Both the position numbers and the translations under genes were made by a program. 64,000 nucleotides of DNA from Monocercomonoides exilis PA203 (taxonomy: Eukaryota > Protista > Preaxostyla), in NCBI GenBank assembly GCA_001643675.2, contig LSRY02000017.1, positions 806,001 to 870,000 on the forward strand, in the 5' to 3' direction. The notes under the pieces were generated by a model. That model worked only from the letters and a program-made list of their open reading frames with translations. It was not told the DNA's origin and made no database searches. Within the stretch, counting starts at the first letter, position 1, and each line of letters starts with the position of its first letter. Positions 27,007 to 40,153 of this stretch are shown here, piece after piece.

Positions 27007-27144
27007 AACTGTTGTGCACCTGGGAGGCTGTTCGTCGTATCCAGGTCCGGATAAAGCAGCCCGAAGGCTGCAATATCAAATACGAACAGTCATGTCCAGC
27101 ACCCTTCCGATAGAGTGCCAGCTAAGCATACACAACAACTAGTT
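27007..27144 (-). ncRNA. Candidate structured RNA element of unknown class
   Basis: GC-rich island. On the minus strand: GUUGUGUAU/GUGCACAAC closing stem, GCACUCU/AGGGUGC hairpin, and a CUGUUCGU/ACGAACAG stem enclosing GCAGCC-UUCG-GGCUGC and UAUCCG-GACC-UGGAUA hairpins. The G-U pairs and cUUCGg loop only work on this strand. Confidence 0.5.
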
Positions 27145-27146
27145 TC

Positions 27147-29857
27147 TTAAAAAGGGACACCATTAATACAATTTTGAGATTCATTAATAGAAGAAGAGTC
27201 AAGAAGAAGTTCAAATCTCCTTGAAAGAAGATCTTGAGAAGATTGAGAAAGAAGAGAAGAGTTAGATGATGTAATATCAGAGTGAAATGACTTTCTTGAA
27301 CGTTGAACTTTTTCTTTCATTGTTGAAGATTCGAGGGCAATTAGAGAGCGTTGAGGGAGATATCCAACAGCAGATGCGCAGACAACTGAGCCCTTGCGCT
27401 CAAAGTATAAATAGTCCTTCATGTGAGGGAGTGACAGTGATGGCCATGAAATTTGCTGAGATGGTACATATTCTTCAAAGTACCTCTCATAAACACACTC
27501 CTTGATAGATGTTGACGATCGAAAGTTGTTTGATGAGGATGATTCAAAAATTTTCAATTGCGAAGATGATGAAACAGATGTTGAAACATTCATATTGTTT
27601 TCGAAGAAGTTGATTAAGTCATGAAGTGTAGTGATGTGTTCAGTAGAAAGATTGTTGTCGATTGCATTAACTAATGCACCAAATTCACTATCACAAATAT
27701 TTTTTCCATGATGCTCAGCGAAGAAATTGAGTTGTGTTTTTTTCTTTTTGAGAAGTTTCGTTTGTTTGGAGAGGATGAAGTGAAAAAGGAAGCGATTTCG
27801 GTTGTGTGGACCTGAAACGTAGAAGAACTTGAAAGTGTGAGTGTCTGAGAAGAAGTGTCTTTTGATCACAGATTCCAGACACTCAATAACAAATCTGTGA
27901 TCATTTGAGAGGCAGTCGGAGAAGAAGTTGAAAGTTCTTTTTATTTGTTGATTTTTTTTTTTTAAGAAGTGAAATGACAGTAAACTGAGAAACCTGTTGA
28001 TAATTGAAGAATTCTTGTTGAAGTTGGTTCTTTCTGATGGGGAGTTTCCATTTCTCTTTGAAGTCGAAACCGAAGACTGCTTCTCCCTCTTTCAGATTAT
28101 TAACTGTTGATTGATTATGTTTTCGTTGCATTTCTGCAACAAGACGATGTTGACGAAGTAATTAAAGTGTATGAAACTCGGCAGAAGAAAGTCCATTTTT
28201 GTTTTGATAAGATTTCAATTTATTTTCTAAATCGCTCAGCTTTTCGCACATTTCACAAAGGTCAGTTTGTCTTTTTGCTTTAGAGAAGTTGGTTGTGAGT
28301 TTGTAGAAGTGAGATAATGAAACTTTGATGTTTGTTTCATCTGTAAACTCTTTCCATAATTTCGTCTTGGGCTTGAAGATTAATCTCTTTTCGTTAAGAG
28401 AAAAGATGCCCGTTTTCTTTCGTTTTTCTTTCAGTGCTTCCAATCCATAGTCAGTTGTTATTGATGAAGAAAGATGTGGAATGGAAGAAGTATGATGCGG
28501 TGGAGTGATAAACGATGATGATGAAGTTGTATCTGTGTTTTTGTTGTTGATATTTAAAGATTGAGAAGAGGAGGAAGAAATAGAGGAACCTCCAAATTGA
28601 ATAGTTGGATGCGTAGATAGTGAGTTATCTTTAATGTAAAATGATAGCGAAGGAGTGTACCCCTGGGTGTAAAGATCTTTCCAGGACTTAGCCCAATTGT
28701 CACTATCAAATTCATTAATATCATCATCGTTACAGGTGATCCACATCTTTCTAATTCCTTTCTTTCTTTCCACAACAGCAATGTAATGACCATTACTGTT
28801 ATCAAACTGTTTGTGAAGAACTTGACCAATGAAATGATAGAACGTTGTTTCTTTGTTGTGTTTGTGAAATGTTGAATCTTTTTCATTTGCAAATCCTTTG
28901 CAAAATGAACGTTTGTTCGACATGTCAGTCTCGATTAATAGTGTTCTTGAAGGAGCAGAACTAGCAAGATCAGTACATTCATGGGAGAGGGCTAGTACCT
29001 CTGGAAATGAAATCATTTCCTCCCACCTAGCAGTGCAGCATTTTTCTTTGCTCTCTTCACAATACACACTATTTTTTCTGTCTAGTATTTCAGTTGAAAA
29101 CAAAGAAGATAAACCATTGTGAGTTGATGAAGAATTGATGATTATGCTATTGTCGATGTTGTCGATATGTGATGTGAGTTATTGACATTTTAAACATTTG
29201 AAATGAGAAATCAAAACAGGACAAAAGCAATCTTTCTTTATCAATCCATCTTTTTCAAAAAGTTTGTAAAGATTATCTAATGCTTCTGACACATTCTGCT
29301 GCTGCTTGCTTCCGTATCTGCAAAATTTTTCCCACATGCTTACAATTGATGGGATCCATGAATGCACTTTTTTTCCATCTTTGAGGATTTGATTGCAAAT
29401 ACTCATCATTTGATATGATAATGTTTGTTTTGAGCGTGTTTTAGAAATGATTGATGGTTTTTGTGAAGTGATTGAAGAAAAACACTGAAGCAGAGATGCA
29501 AGATAACATGTGTTACCAAGATTTGCCAACCCTTTTACTGTTTTTGATGGAGTATTTGATATGGGTTTTAAAACATCAACTGTTGACTGGGATGAAGAAG
29601 AAATAAATGAATCAATATTTGTTGAATAATCTCTTGAAATGGGATGTGAATTTTTTGATTGTGTTGAAGTGTTGTTCTTTTTTGTGAATAATGAGAAAAG
29701 ATTTTGGTACGCATAAAAAGGAATAAGAGTGGGTGAAGTTACATATTCCATTAGTTGACCACTGATCCACATATTTTCGTTGCTGAAGGATGATGAAACT
29801 TTGTCTGTTGGAGGAGTATTTATTGTTTCTTTATTTTTGTTTCTAATTGATGATGAA
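27147..29857 (-). mobile_element. USP (C19) deubiquitinase fused to a Sola-like DDD transposase, copy 3; recently disabled and 5'-truncated
   Basis: One frame runs from 29857 to ~27960: GLANLGNTCYLASLLQ, QQNVSE, CLKC, YHFIGQVLH..NGHYIAVV..WITCNDD, Ser-rich linker, FSLNEKRLI..TDLCEMC..FDFKEKW. It has TAA at 29179 and 28162. After a homopolymer frameshift (~27955) come FFSDCLSNDHRFVIECL, GPHNRN and NFFAEHHGKNICDSEFG. Confidence 0.85.
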
Positions 29858-31161
29858 GATGATTCATGTTCAGAGGACGAAAAAAACTGATAAATAATAA
29901 CTGTTTTTTTCAATTTTAAAAATGAAACGTAAAAGTTCAATTTTTTCTGAGATTTGTTCTTTTATCAATCTTAACATTTCAAGCATTTTTTATCAGTAGA
30001 ATGAAATAATTAATATGTTATATCTGTTCGTTTTCTCTTTTTATAAACTCAAAAATTTAAAGAACGTAATCCAAAAGGAATTATAAAAGATTGTTGTTCC
30101 AGAATGAAGAAAGAAATTGACGTTACAGAATGTTTTTAACTACCGGGTTTTCCACGACCTCCCGGGTTTTCCACCAAGGGTTCCATGTATGTGTTGATAT
30201 TATTATGCTTTTTATTGAATCTTTTATTGTTCATATGAATTGATATTTATTTGACTGTCGGGAAATGTTTTAATGATGATATAGTAAAAATATATTCCTT
30301 TGAAAGTGATGCGACAAGAAAAGAAATATATATGTTGTTTTCTATTTTTATGATGATTAATACAATGAAGTGCTAATGTTATTTGTGTGTTATTTTGTTT
30401 TATGATTGTTATCGAATTAGCAATGAATTTATTTTTATGTTTCTCTCATTACTGAATATTCATCAACCATTGTTGTTACTCAACAATGAATATATTGATA
30501 TCAAAACAGTTATTTATTGAATAGAACAATAATAATAAACAAGTTCGTTCAAAAACAAAACATTTTTGAATGTTTAATTTTTCAAAGAAATTTTTCTCAT
30601 TTGAAATGAAAATTCAATGAAAAATAAAAAAAATATATTTTCACCTATATTTAAATAATAAATAATAAAAAACCAATTTCGGATGACATGTTTGCATTAA
30701 TAAAGCAATAATATTCACAAATTAAATGAAACAAAAATAAAAAATTTTGAAAAATTTTTGAAATTTTTGATCATAAAAAATACAAATTATTATTAATGGC
30801 GCCATTAAGAATACCATGATCTATTTTGCTCAATGTAAATAAATAACAATAATAAACATGTTTGATGCTTTTTTTGAAAATCTGTTAGTGGAAAAAGTTG
30901 GTAATAATTTGTTTTTTAACATATTTTTTATTTGGGATGAAGTGTTGTGTGAAATGAATTGTTTCCCATGCACTGTCTTCGAAGATTTTTCTTATTATTC
31001 TACAGTTATTCTATATATTTAATATGTGAAAACGTTTGACATATAACGACAAAGCTGTATAAAAGGTTTGGAACAAATCGTTGTTATTTTTCATTAATAA
31101 AAGAATTTTGACCTATTTGTTTAGAAACTGGTAATTTTGTTTGGCACATAGACAATTTTTG
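29858..31161 (-). repeat. Right arm of the inverted duplication, including a second copy of the pogo 3' end and TIR (29858-30180)
   Basis: Reverse complement of 23345..24648. The TIR ...TTTTCCACCAAGGG ends at 30180. Confidence 0.95.
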
Positions 31162-31639
31162 ATGAAACAAACAGAAAGACTATTCAATGTGACTTTGATA
31201 ACTGTTGTTCATTTTTGACAAAGTTGATTTTTATTATTAATTTGCAATACATTATTAAAATGCATGTTTTTTGTTTTGAATAAAATATTGAACTATCAAC
31301 TATGAACTTGCTCTTATTTTTACCAGCAAACATTCTTTAGAGGGATTTGCATGTTGATTGCAACGACCATTTTGTTTGTGTCTTCAATGGTAATCCAAAG
31401 AGCATTGACTGTCTGAACAACATAGGCTGATAAATCAGTGAGAATATTAATGTTTCCTGTATATTTGGACCCATTCAATCAATTAAAATAATCTCCACAT
31501 TAAATGTTATGAAAGAGAAATTTTTCATTTAATGCGGTTTGTTATTTTTATATTTTATTGATGATTTTGCTTTTATCTCATTTCTTGTTTATCAAATTGA
31601 TTTTTTCATGTCATTGTTTCAATAGATATAACCAATAAA

Positions 31640-34600
31640 TTTCAAAATACAAGAAAATTCCGCATCTTATTATTTTTACTATCAGTTTTAATTGAGAAGG
31701 ATGTGCAATGTATCTTTTCTATGTGCTCTTTCCAGCATTTCTGTTGCCATTGGAAATAGAGCAGATAAAAAAGACTGAACTGGGAACCAAATACACCGCC
31801 TTTTCTGCTACCACTGTTATCCCTGTGATACAGCTGACTGTTCATCCCCAATGCAGCCAGACTTCCTCTTTTCACGAACCACTAAACACTTCTTCTCTTC
31901 GTCATCAATGCCTTCTTCTTCTTCTTCCTTCTCAAATCTGTCATCCACAAACTGCTTTGTTGTTTCAATTATGGAAAAAGTCAAGTGCACATCGCAAAAA
32001 GCAGGAATTATCTCCTCTTTCCAATAAAAGTTCTCCTCTTTTAACCGTCACTCCATATCTTCTGTGAATAACACTTTGTTCAAACATCGCAGATCTCCTT
32101 CTCCTCCTCACTTCATACTCACTTTGCCTCAAAAAATGATTTCAGCTTCCACCAAATGCTCTCTTTCCTCAAATATCCTCAACAAATAGTACATCTTTTT
32201 TGTGTAACATCACAAGCACAAATAGAGCTGCCACGAGCAATCAATATGTGGATTCTGACAGATCTTCTTCTTTCTTCAAGTTCATCACAACACTCTTCTT
32301 CTTTGATTTCCTCCTCCTACAAAATGGACATCAATGAACAGATCGCTCTATTTTGCCCATCGCATTCAATTTCTGTAACGTCTGTAACCCGTTTCACAAT
32401 CAAAAAAGTTGTTTCTTTCTAACTTTTTACTCAATTTGTACCACCACTGCTGGGCATTTCAAAAACAGGTATTTATTAACAAAAATACAACAGACAGAAA
32501 AATGGAGTCTTTTGCATCATTTTTCTTCTATAACTTACAGCAGCGTCGAATGATGAGTTTTAGAAATTATTGTTTTCATATGAGAAATCCATTAATGACG
32601 AAGAGGTTAGATAATGAAAGATAATGTCAGAGAAGGAGAGAGAAAGTGAAAAAGAAGGAAAAGAAGTTGAGAAGACTAAAGATGAAGACAAAGAGATGTT
32701 TACGAAGCAATGCAGATAAAATACCATTTTCTTCTTCTATTTCTATATCTATTTCTGCTTTATCTTCTTCTCCTTCTCTTTTTTATTGTTCTTTCTCATT
32801 CACTGGAACGGGTTCAGATACTTGCAGTTATATAGATACAGAATTTGACTCAGAACTGTCTTTTTATGATTCAATTGAGCGGACAACGTCTTATGAAGAT
32901 AGAACAGAAGGAAACGGTTATGAAAATGAAGACGGTGAAAATGGCGAAGAAGGAAATGAAAAAGAAGATGATTGTTTTATCTCAACTTCTTCTTCTTCTT
33001 CTTTTGATTCTTCAACATCATCATCAAAAACAGCAGCATACAAATTCCACAAGAAAGAAAGGTAAATAACGATTCATCTTCATCTTCCTCTTCATCCGAA
33101 CAGTCAAAAGTTATCTCTTTCTTCACAAGAAAGAGCCGAAAAAGAAGAAATTGACGAAAACATCGAAGACTTCAAAAGAAAACATGCGCCGCGTCTGCCG
33201 CTTCCTGTGATCCTTCCGCCACAAGAAGCAACTCTTCAGAATCCGTCTTATGTGCTTCGAAGACAAAGACAGAGAAAAAACAATCAAAATTCAACACAAA
33301 CCTTTTTGACACATTCAATTGCTGGTATTGGCACAGGAACAGTCACATCTCCTTCTTCATTGCCCAATGAATCTTTTCTTGTTCTTCCTCAATCATCTCC
33401 TTCACCCTCTCCTTCATCTTCCTCTTCCTCCTCTTCATCTTCATCTTCCTCGTCTTCTCCAGCAGTCACTGACCTCTCTCTCCACCCCAAGCCGCCTCAT
33501 CGTTCTGAAATTGCTATGGCTCGCTGCAAAAGAGCAATGCATCCTCTCCTCCTCCGACGCTATCTCAACCGCTGTGCGCAAGTGGCTGCTGTTTCTGGTG
33601 CCTCACGTTCTTCTTCTTCTTCCTCCTCCTCCTCCTCCTCTTCCTCTTCCTCTTCCTCCTCTTTCTCTACCTCCTTTTCTTCTTTCTTGTTGCTTCGTTC
33701 TTCTAGAAACAGATTTCCGACAAGCAAAGAGCAGGAGATGAGGAGGATGAAGCAATCGTTCGGAAGTAGAAGGAGAAGACAATATTTTGTTCTCGCACAA
33801 GATGTGTTTGATAAGCTGCAGCTGTTTGCAGAGTTTCGGATGGTGAAGCGGTATACGAAGAATCTTGAGAAAAGGAAGAAGTCGAAGGCAATGCAGATGA
33901 AGGAAAAGATGAAAATCAAAAAGTGATTTTGGAGGATTCAATGAACAACCCCAATGCGGTTGTTTGAAAAGCAAATATAATCAAACTGAAGCAGAAAAGA
34001 TTACAAATACAAAAGAGTCTGTTCAAAACAACAAAAAAGGCAATACGAACAATGATGAGCCAAAACCAGAGCCTCTTTCATCTCAAGCACAACAAAAACA
34101 GCAGCAACAGAACATAACAACAATTAACTCTCCAACGCCATCACTTTCTCCGCAACCTAAACAATATACTTCAGGAAGAGGAGCCTTTGCAAAGATACAC
34201 TTTACGCGAGGGAAGCGAATGGACGGCGGATGGAGAGGAGTCGGAGGGAGAGCGTTGATTGCGTACAGCCAAGAGATGGAGATGGGAAGAGGAGCTGTTG
34301 GTGCACCGACAACTCCGCTATCACCTGTTGTTGTTGGAGAAGGAGGAGAAGTGGTGACGTTGGCTGTGATGGGAATGAAGAATTTGAACAAAGAAGTGAC
34401 AAGGGCGATGCAAGATGAGTTTCAGAATGAGAAATTGAAAGTGGACGATGAAGAGGCGAAAATCACGTTGATTTCATTGGAATTTGATGACCAGAGAGAA
34501 AAACTGCTTCGGCTGATGAAACAACAGGAAATTCAGAAGAAGAAAGAGAAGGAAGAGCGGGAGTGCAGGAAAATGGAGAAAATGGTGAAGAAGATATAGG

Positions 34601-35950
34601 AAAAGGACAAGAATCCGTTTGGCAGCATCCAAGGAATACTACAACCACACCTTGAGACCGGCACTCCGATTAACCAGAAAGAGAACAAAATGGCAAGCGA
34701 GGCGCAGCAAGAGGCGAAAGAAAGCCAAACGCCAATTTTGACAAGAGAGCGGAAATTGGACTGCATGCTGAATGATTTAGCGAATTCTGACTTAGAAGGT
34801 TTGAGCGATGAACTGGATGTGCCTTGCCGTTATGTACGTATCAAAAGCGAGGAAAATGGGTAATTTGTGTGGAATATACGGAAAATGCCTGTTTATGCAG
34901 CAGTCAACGCGAGGCAGACAAGAACGCGGTTGGATCTGATGAGTGCGCTAATGAGCGGTTTGAGACAGAGCAGGGCGGAGCTGCGATAAGGAAAGTGGGA
35001 TGAAGTGGCGGGGCTGGTGGCCGTGCAAAGAGGAAACAGAAGTGGCACACAAAAAGGGAAGAAAAGGAACAGGGAAAGGATCACAGCTGCTGTTTCAGAT
35101 GGAGAAAGGGATAAGAACATTCAGATAGAACAGTGTGCCTGGGAAAAGAGATGAGCTGTCGTTCTCAAAATTGATATCTTTCTCCGCTTTGCTGAATTCA
35201 GTGGCGATGGATCTGATGCAAAAATACCCCGCCCTCAATTCGGTTGCGCCTTTTAATTCAGCTGCTGATCTTGCTGTAAAAACGAATATTACTCTTCATC
35301 CTCTTTCTCATTGAACTTCATCACTTATTAATTCGTCCATGTTTTTGAGCATCCAACAACCATTTACTCCTTCTCATTCATTCCCTTCTTCTTCTTCTTC
35401 TTCTTCCCAGCCTCAACGTGTTCCACAATCTTAACTCTTGCTGATTGATAACGCTCACAGAACGGCCAATAATATAGAACTTATAGACTTCTCAGAAAAC
35501 TTCGATGATGCGCTGACAAATTACTCTGAGAGCAAACATGTGTGAGAGCCGTAAAAAGGGAAGGGAAGGGATAAACTGTTCAGAATGAGTCTCACTTTAA
35601 AGGGAGGGAAGAACTGGATATGCTATAATTTAACTGTTACAAATGCTGAGAGCAGAAGAGAGAAAAGGGGACAGATTTAAAGAAGAGCTGTAGAAAAACA
35701 GTTTTGTCCCTCTAAATAGGTTGCTCGTGGAGAAAAGATACAGTTGCAATTGGGGGAGATGAGAGAGATGATGGAGAGAGAGTTAAATGAAGAGGAAGCA
35801 AAAACAAAAGAAAAGGATGATCAAGAGAAAGAGGAAGATGATGATGAAAAAGGGAAAGAAATAGCGTGAACAAAAAACGAATGATGGTTGAGGCGAATTC
35901 AATGTTGATTTCCACACAGAGCAACATGAGCAGGAACTTTGGAAAAATAA
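31640..35950 (+). pseudogene. Degraded hypothetical gene(s), low-complexity Ser/Glu/Lys-rich
   Basis: Chain of plus ORFs (32646..33065, 33207..33926, 33964..34599) broken by stops and frameshifts. No recognisable domain. Confidence 0.4.
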
Positions 35951-37681
35951 GCAGTAAACAAAAGGAGAATTTAAAAATGTCGAGTTGAAATGATAGGAAA
36001 CGATGTGGTGAATCGAGAAAAAAATAAAAACTGTATTTTTCATGAAGAATAAAAAGAGAAGTTTCGAGATTGAGTCAATTATTTTTATAAACTGCAGTTT
36101 CCTGAATAATACTATCTTTGTTTGCTGAATCCGTAGTACTGTTGTGTAATGCCGGAAAATTTTGTGAGGTTTCACCTCGATTAATGAAAAGCACATTTCT
36201 TTTTCTACGGAAAAATAAAAATTCACATATTTGTTGCATTTTTTAAAGTTCTTTAAATATTTCTTTCCCCTTTTATAAGCTTTGTTAAACAGGTTAAGAG
36301 TCTTTTTTTTTGACTTTTTGATGTGTTTTGTTGGTCAAACTTTATAATTTTTAGGTTCATTTTTATTTTTCTTGATCAAAAAAAACCTTTTTTACCTAAA
36401 GCATAAAAAAGGTATGTTTTTTACCAAAATAAAAAACATATACATATCACAGAAATAAAAGCAATGTTCTTATGAAAAATCAAATTTTTTCTTTGATCAA
36501 TACATACCACAATAAAAATTATTTTTTCAATTTTTGATCTTTTTTATGAAGTCACAAAAAAAACACCCAAATTATTGATTTTCCTTTGTTTCAATTTTTT
36601 TGAAAAAAAAAATTCAAAAAGTTGTGTACAAAGATAATTTTGTGAATTATGGTTATTCAATAATAACAAATATTTTCTGCAATTCTGCACATTGAAATTA
36701 CATAAGAATTTAAAAATTATATCAAGTATTTCGTTTTCTAATTGATTTCACAATGAACATTATCGCTCTTATATTCATAACAAAGAATGTGACAGCACAG
36801 ACACAAATGAACATATAATCTGTGATGAATACACTAATTCATATGAAAAGAAAGAAATACATTAGTTGAAAAAAAAAAACCATGATCACTAAACAAAATA
36901 ATACATTTCTCAGGAAGTTTGAATGATAATTTTGATCTTAATTCATTGAATGATGCTTTTTTATATTAAACCTAAAAGAGAATTTATGAGATATGGACGA
37001 TGAAGAAACGCAAGGAGATAACGTTGATTGAATGGAATTACTCATTCAAGACAATAAAATATGAGATTGTTTCCAAAAAAAATTCATTAATTGAGAAGGG
37101 GAATAGAAACAAGAATGATTGGATATTGAGCTTCTTCTTCTTATTCCTCCTCTGTATTTTTTCTTGTCTTTGTCATATTTTCCAACTTGAATTCTTGAAT
37201 TGATGAGAGTCATTTGCACTTCGAAAAGAAAGATATTCGAAACAAAAAAAAGAATTATTTACTCACTTTCCTTTCCCATTGTCATCACCTTTTTTATTCC
37301 TTTTGCTGCGCAACAATACAAAGCAAAAGAAAACACTTCACAACAAAATACTCAATCTCCATTTTAAATAAGTTCCACAAAATGCACAATGAGAAAAAGA
37401 TAGGAAAAAGAAACACATAAAAAATGGGTATTAAACAGTTAGAAACGACTCACTTGAATGCTCAATTCAATTCTTTTTCTGGAAAAGAAAAAGAAGTTGA
37501 CTATTGAATGAGAAGAAATATTTGAGAGTTTAATGAGCTGAAGAATGCAAAAAGCCGATTGGAAATTGGAGAATAGTGTGGTGAATTAATAATTTTCTTA
37601 GACTGACAGTGTGGCTTGTGGGCTGCACTTCGAGAATGTTTCCTGTATTTTCTGTTTCTGTTTATCTTTTTTCTGACATGT

Positions 37682-37921
37682 GGGTGATTCTTTTTGAAAA
37701 GTCGCAAATGTTAAATTTTCTAATACTTCAAAATTTTCATATTTTGCTCAAAATTATATTAACATACACTAAACTTAACTTAAATGGAATCTATTTCTTG
37801 ATAATGCAATTTCAAACATTCTTGAGGAGATTTGTGAGCTGAAACAGAAATTTGAGCAAAATATGAAATTTTTGATATATTTGAAAATTAAACATTTGTG
37901 ACTTTTCAAAAAGAATCACCC
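37682..37921. mobile_element. MITE (240 bp), GGG...CCC termini, perfect 4-bp TSD ATGT
   Basis: ATGT|GGGTGATTCTTTTTGAAAAGTCGCAAATGTTAAATTTTC ... GAAAATTAAACATTTGTGACTTTTCAAAAAGAATCACCC|ATGT. Confidence 0.9.
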
Positions 37922-40153
37922 ATGTGAATACACCAACTACGTTATCGTTACAAACAAAAATATCATCTGTTGATCCAGAAAACCATAATAAGAGTATGCT
38001 TTTGAAGTCAGTTCAATTCACAAAGTGTAAGAAGAGGAAGATGAAGAATTAACATAACCATTCTTTTGAAGGAAGAGATAATAAATATGAAGGGGAGGTG
38101 GTGACAAATATTTGTGAAAGTGATTTAAAGATTGAACGTTAATATATTTGTTTTTCCTTTTTTTGAGTTGGCCATTCGTGCAATTGATGGAGGAAGGGTT
38201 GCTTGTGTTTCCGAGGATGTGAAGGGCTGGAATGTGTGAAAAACTGGTGTGTTTGTTGTATCTTCAAGATATGAAGAGATATCATTATTATTTATTGCAT
38301 AATTGGTTTTCAGTTAAATCCCTTCCTTTTTTTTAAACTCTGACCAATTTTTTGATAACAAAATTTGATATCCCCCTTTTTGAAATTATAACTTGATCTT
38401 TTGAATAAAATGTAATAGATGAGTTGTGAAATAAAAAAATTTCAAAATAATTGGGTTATTACAAAAATACCCAATAATTTTGAAATTGTCTATGGAAATT
38501 TCGAAATTTTTGGGGAATTTTGCAATTACTCAGGTAGTCATATTTATTCTGTGAAAAAATATATTATTCATTTTAATGAAGTTTTTCGAAGCATTTTATC
38601 AAAAAATACACTGCCGTTTTTTTTATTAAAATTAGTTGAAAAAACTTTTAAATTATTTTTTTGGTGATTAATAAAGATTATTCAAACAAAACCTTTCAAC
38701 ACTGCAGTTTTTTGATAAACAGTTGGGTTAAAATCACAATAAACGATACTCATTTCTATTTCAAATATTTTTTTGAAGGATTTATCCCAAAAAAGAAATT
38801 TGAAAATGAAATTTCTTAAAAAAAATTTCAGTGATGTATTTCAACAGCACATCATCTTTTCCACAATTTCTCTAAGTTTTTGCAACAATAAAACAGCTAT
38901 TTCCCTTCATTTGTCTTCAAGTTTCAGGTGCAGCATTATTTCCTCTCACTTTTTCTTTTTTCTACTCTTCCTATTTATTTCTTGCAAAATATTTATTCCA
39001 CACAATTCTTCGGATTGTGCATCATAATCATTATTGAAATAAAATAATTTATTTTCTTAGTCCTTCCAAATTTCTGTTTACTCAGATGTTCTGCTCCTTC
39101 AAAATTCATTTTTCATCGAATTGCGAAATGCCGCGTGTTGAATCCTAAAAAAGTTGCATAAACATTTATGATAAAATATATTCTAGCTCTAATATATTTG
39201 TAAGATAACATTTAGCTCTCTTTTTCGCTGTTCTCCTCTACTTCGAATAAATTGACTTTTGATAAAAATCGTCTGAATCAAAACTTTGGAAATGAAACGG
39301 ATGGAAATATCTTTGCAACATATAGCACAATATAAAATGCATACATTAAAAATTTCTCATTTCCATCGAAAATATTGTTGCACCACAGCATTCCAACAAT
39401 CAAAATAAACAATTTCATCTTCCATCAAACAGATATCGTTTTTGTAATACGCAACCTTTTCACTGGAAATATTTCATTTCGTCAACCTGTCCTTGTTTCA
39501 GCTTCGGAATCTCACTCCGTTGGCAGTTTCTGAGCGTTTGACATTTCTTGATCATGTTCCATAACGAATTGGAGCCACAAAAGAAAAAGGGCACAACTCG
39601 ATGTGTCGTGGCTAAATGGGCATATGAAGACAATGTGATAGCAAAAGGATGGATTTATGGTGTGGGGTGATGGATTTGTGCATTGAAAATAAATAGGGTT
39701 TTGGAGGGGAAAGGAACGATAAAAAAAATTTTTTGTGGAAAAAAGGTATTTTCGTGAGATTCAAAAGGCAAAATGGATGCGTGGGAAATGGATTGGGATG
39801 GACTTTTGTGGGGTTGTTTTTTCGATTTTTGTGAGTTAGAAGGAGCGGGGGTTGTGTTTATAATTTGAGAAAAAGATTTTGATGTGGAGGAGGTGGGATA
39901 AGAGGTGAAAACAAGAAGGACAGAAGATGGGCGGAGCGAATGGAATATATTTATTGGAGGAGAGGATTAGAGATGGAAAGGAAATGGAGAGATATGGAAA
40001 AGGGATGTTATTTTTTTTCAAATGCAGGGAGAGAGAGGAGGGTTCATATGAGGCGGAGCAAGAGGGAGATTATTTGTGAGTGAGTGTTTGATAAGAAAGG
40101 GAAGTGGGGTTGAAGAAAAAAAAGTGAAAGAAAAATTTTTTCATATTTCAATA

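Noticed and set aside
27040-27062. Resemblance of CAGGTCCGGATAAAGCAGCC to bacterial SRP RNA helix 8 (CAGGTCCGGAAGGAAGCAGCC)
   Set aside because: The UCC/GGA stem with its GNRA loop cannot form, and the pairing evidence favours the opposite strand.
27099-27143. Helitron 3' end (hairpin plus CTAG|T)
   Set aside because: The hairpin is imperfect on the plus strand and ~20 nt from CTAG. No Rep/helicase remnant or 5' TC end was seen.
4042-29940. TAA/TAG reassigned to Gln, as known in some oxymonads
   Set aside because: The 2649-codon ORF, the pogo gene and SKP1 have no internal TAR, and SKP1 ends in TAA. The broken genes also contain TGA and frameshifts and mostly use CAA/CAG for Gln, so decay explains the stops better.
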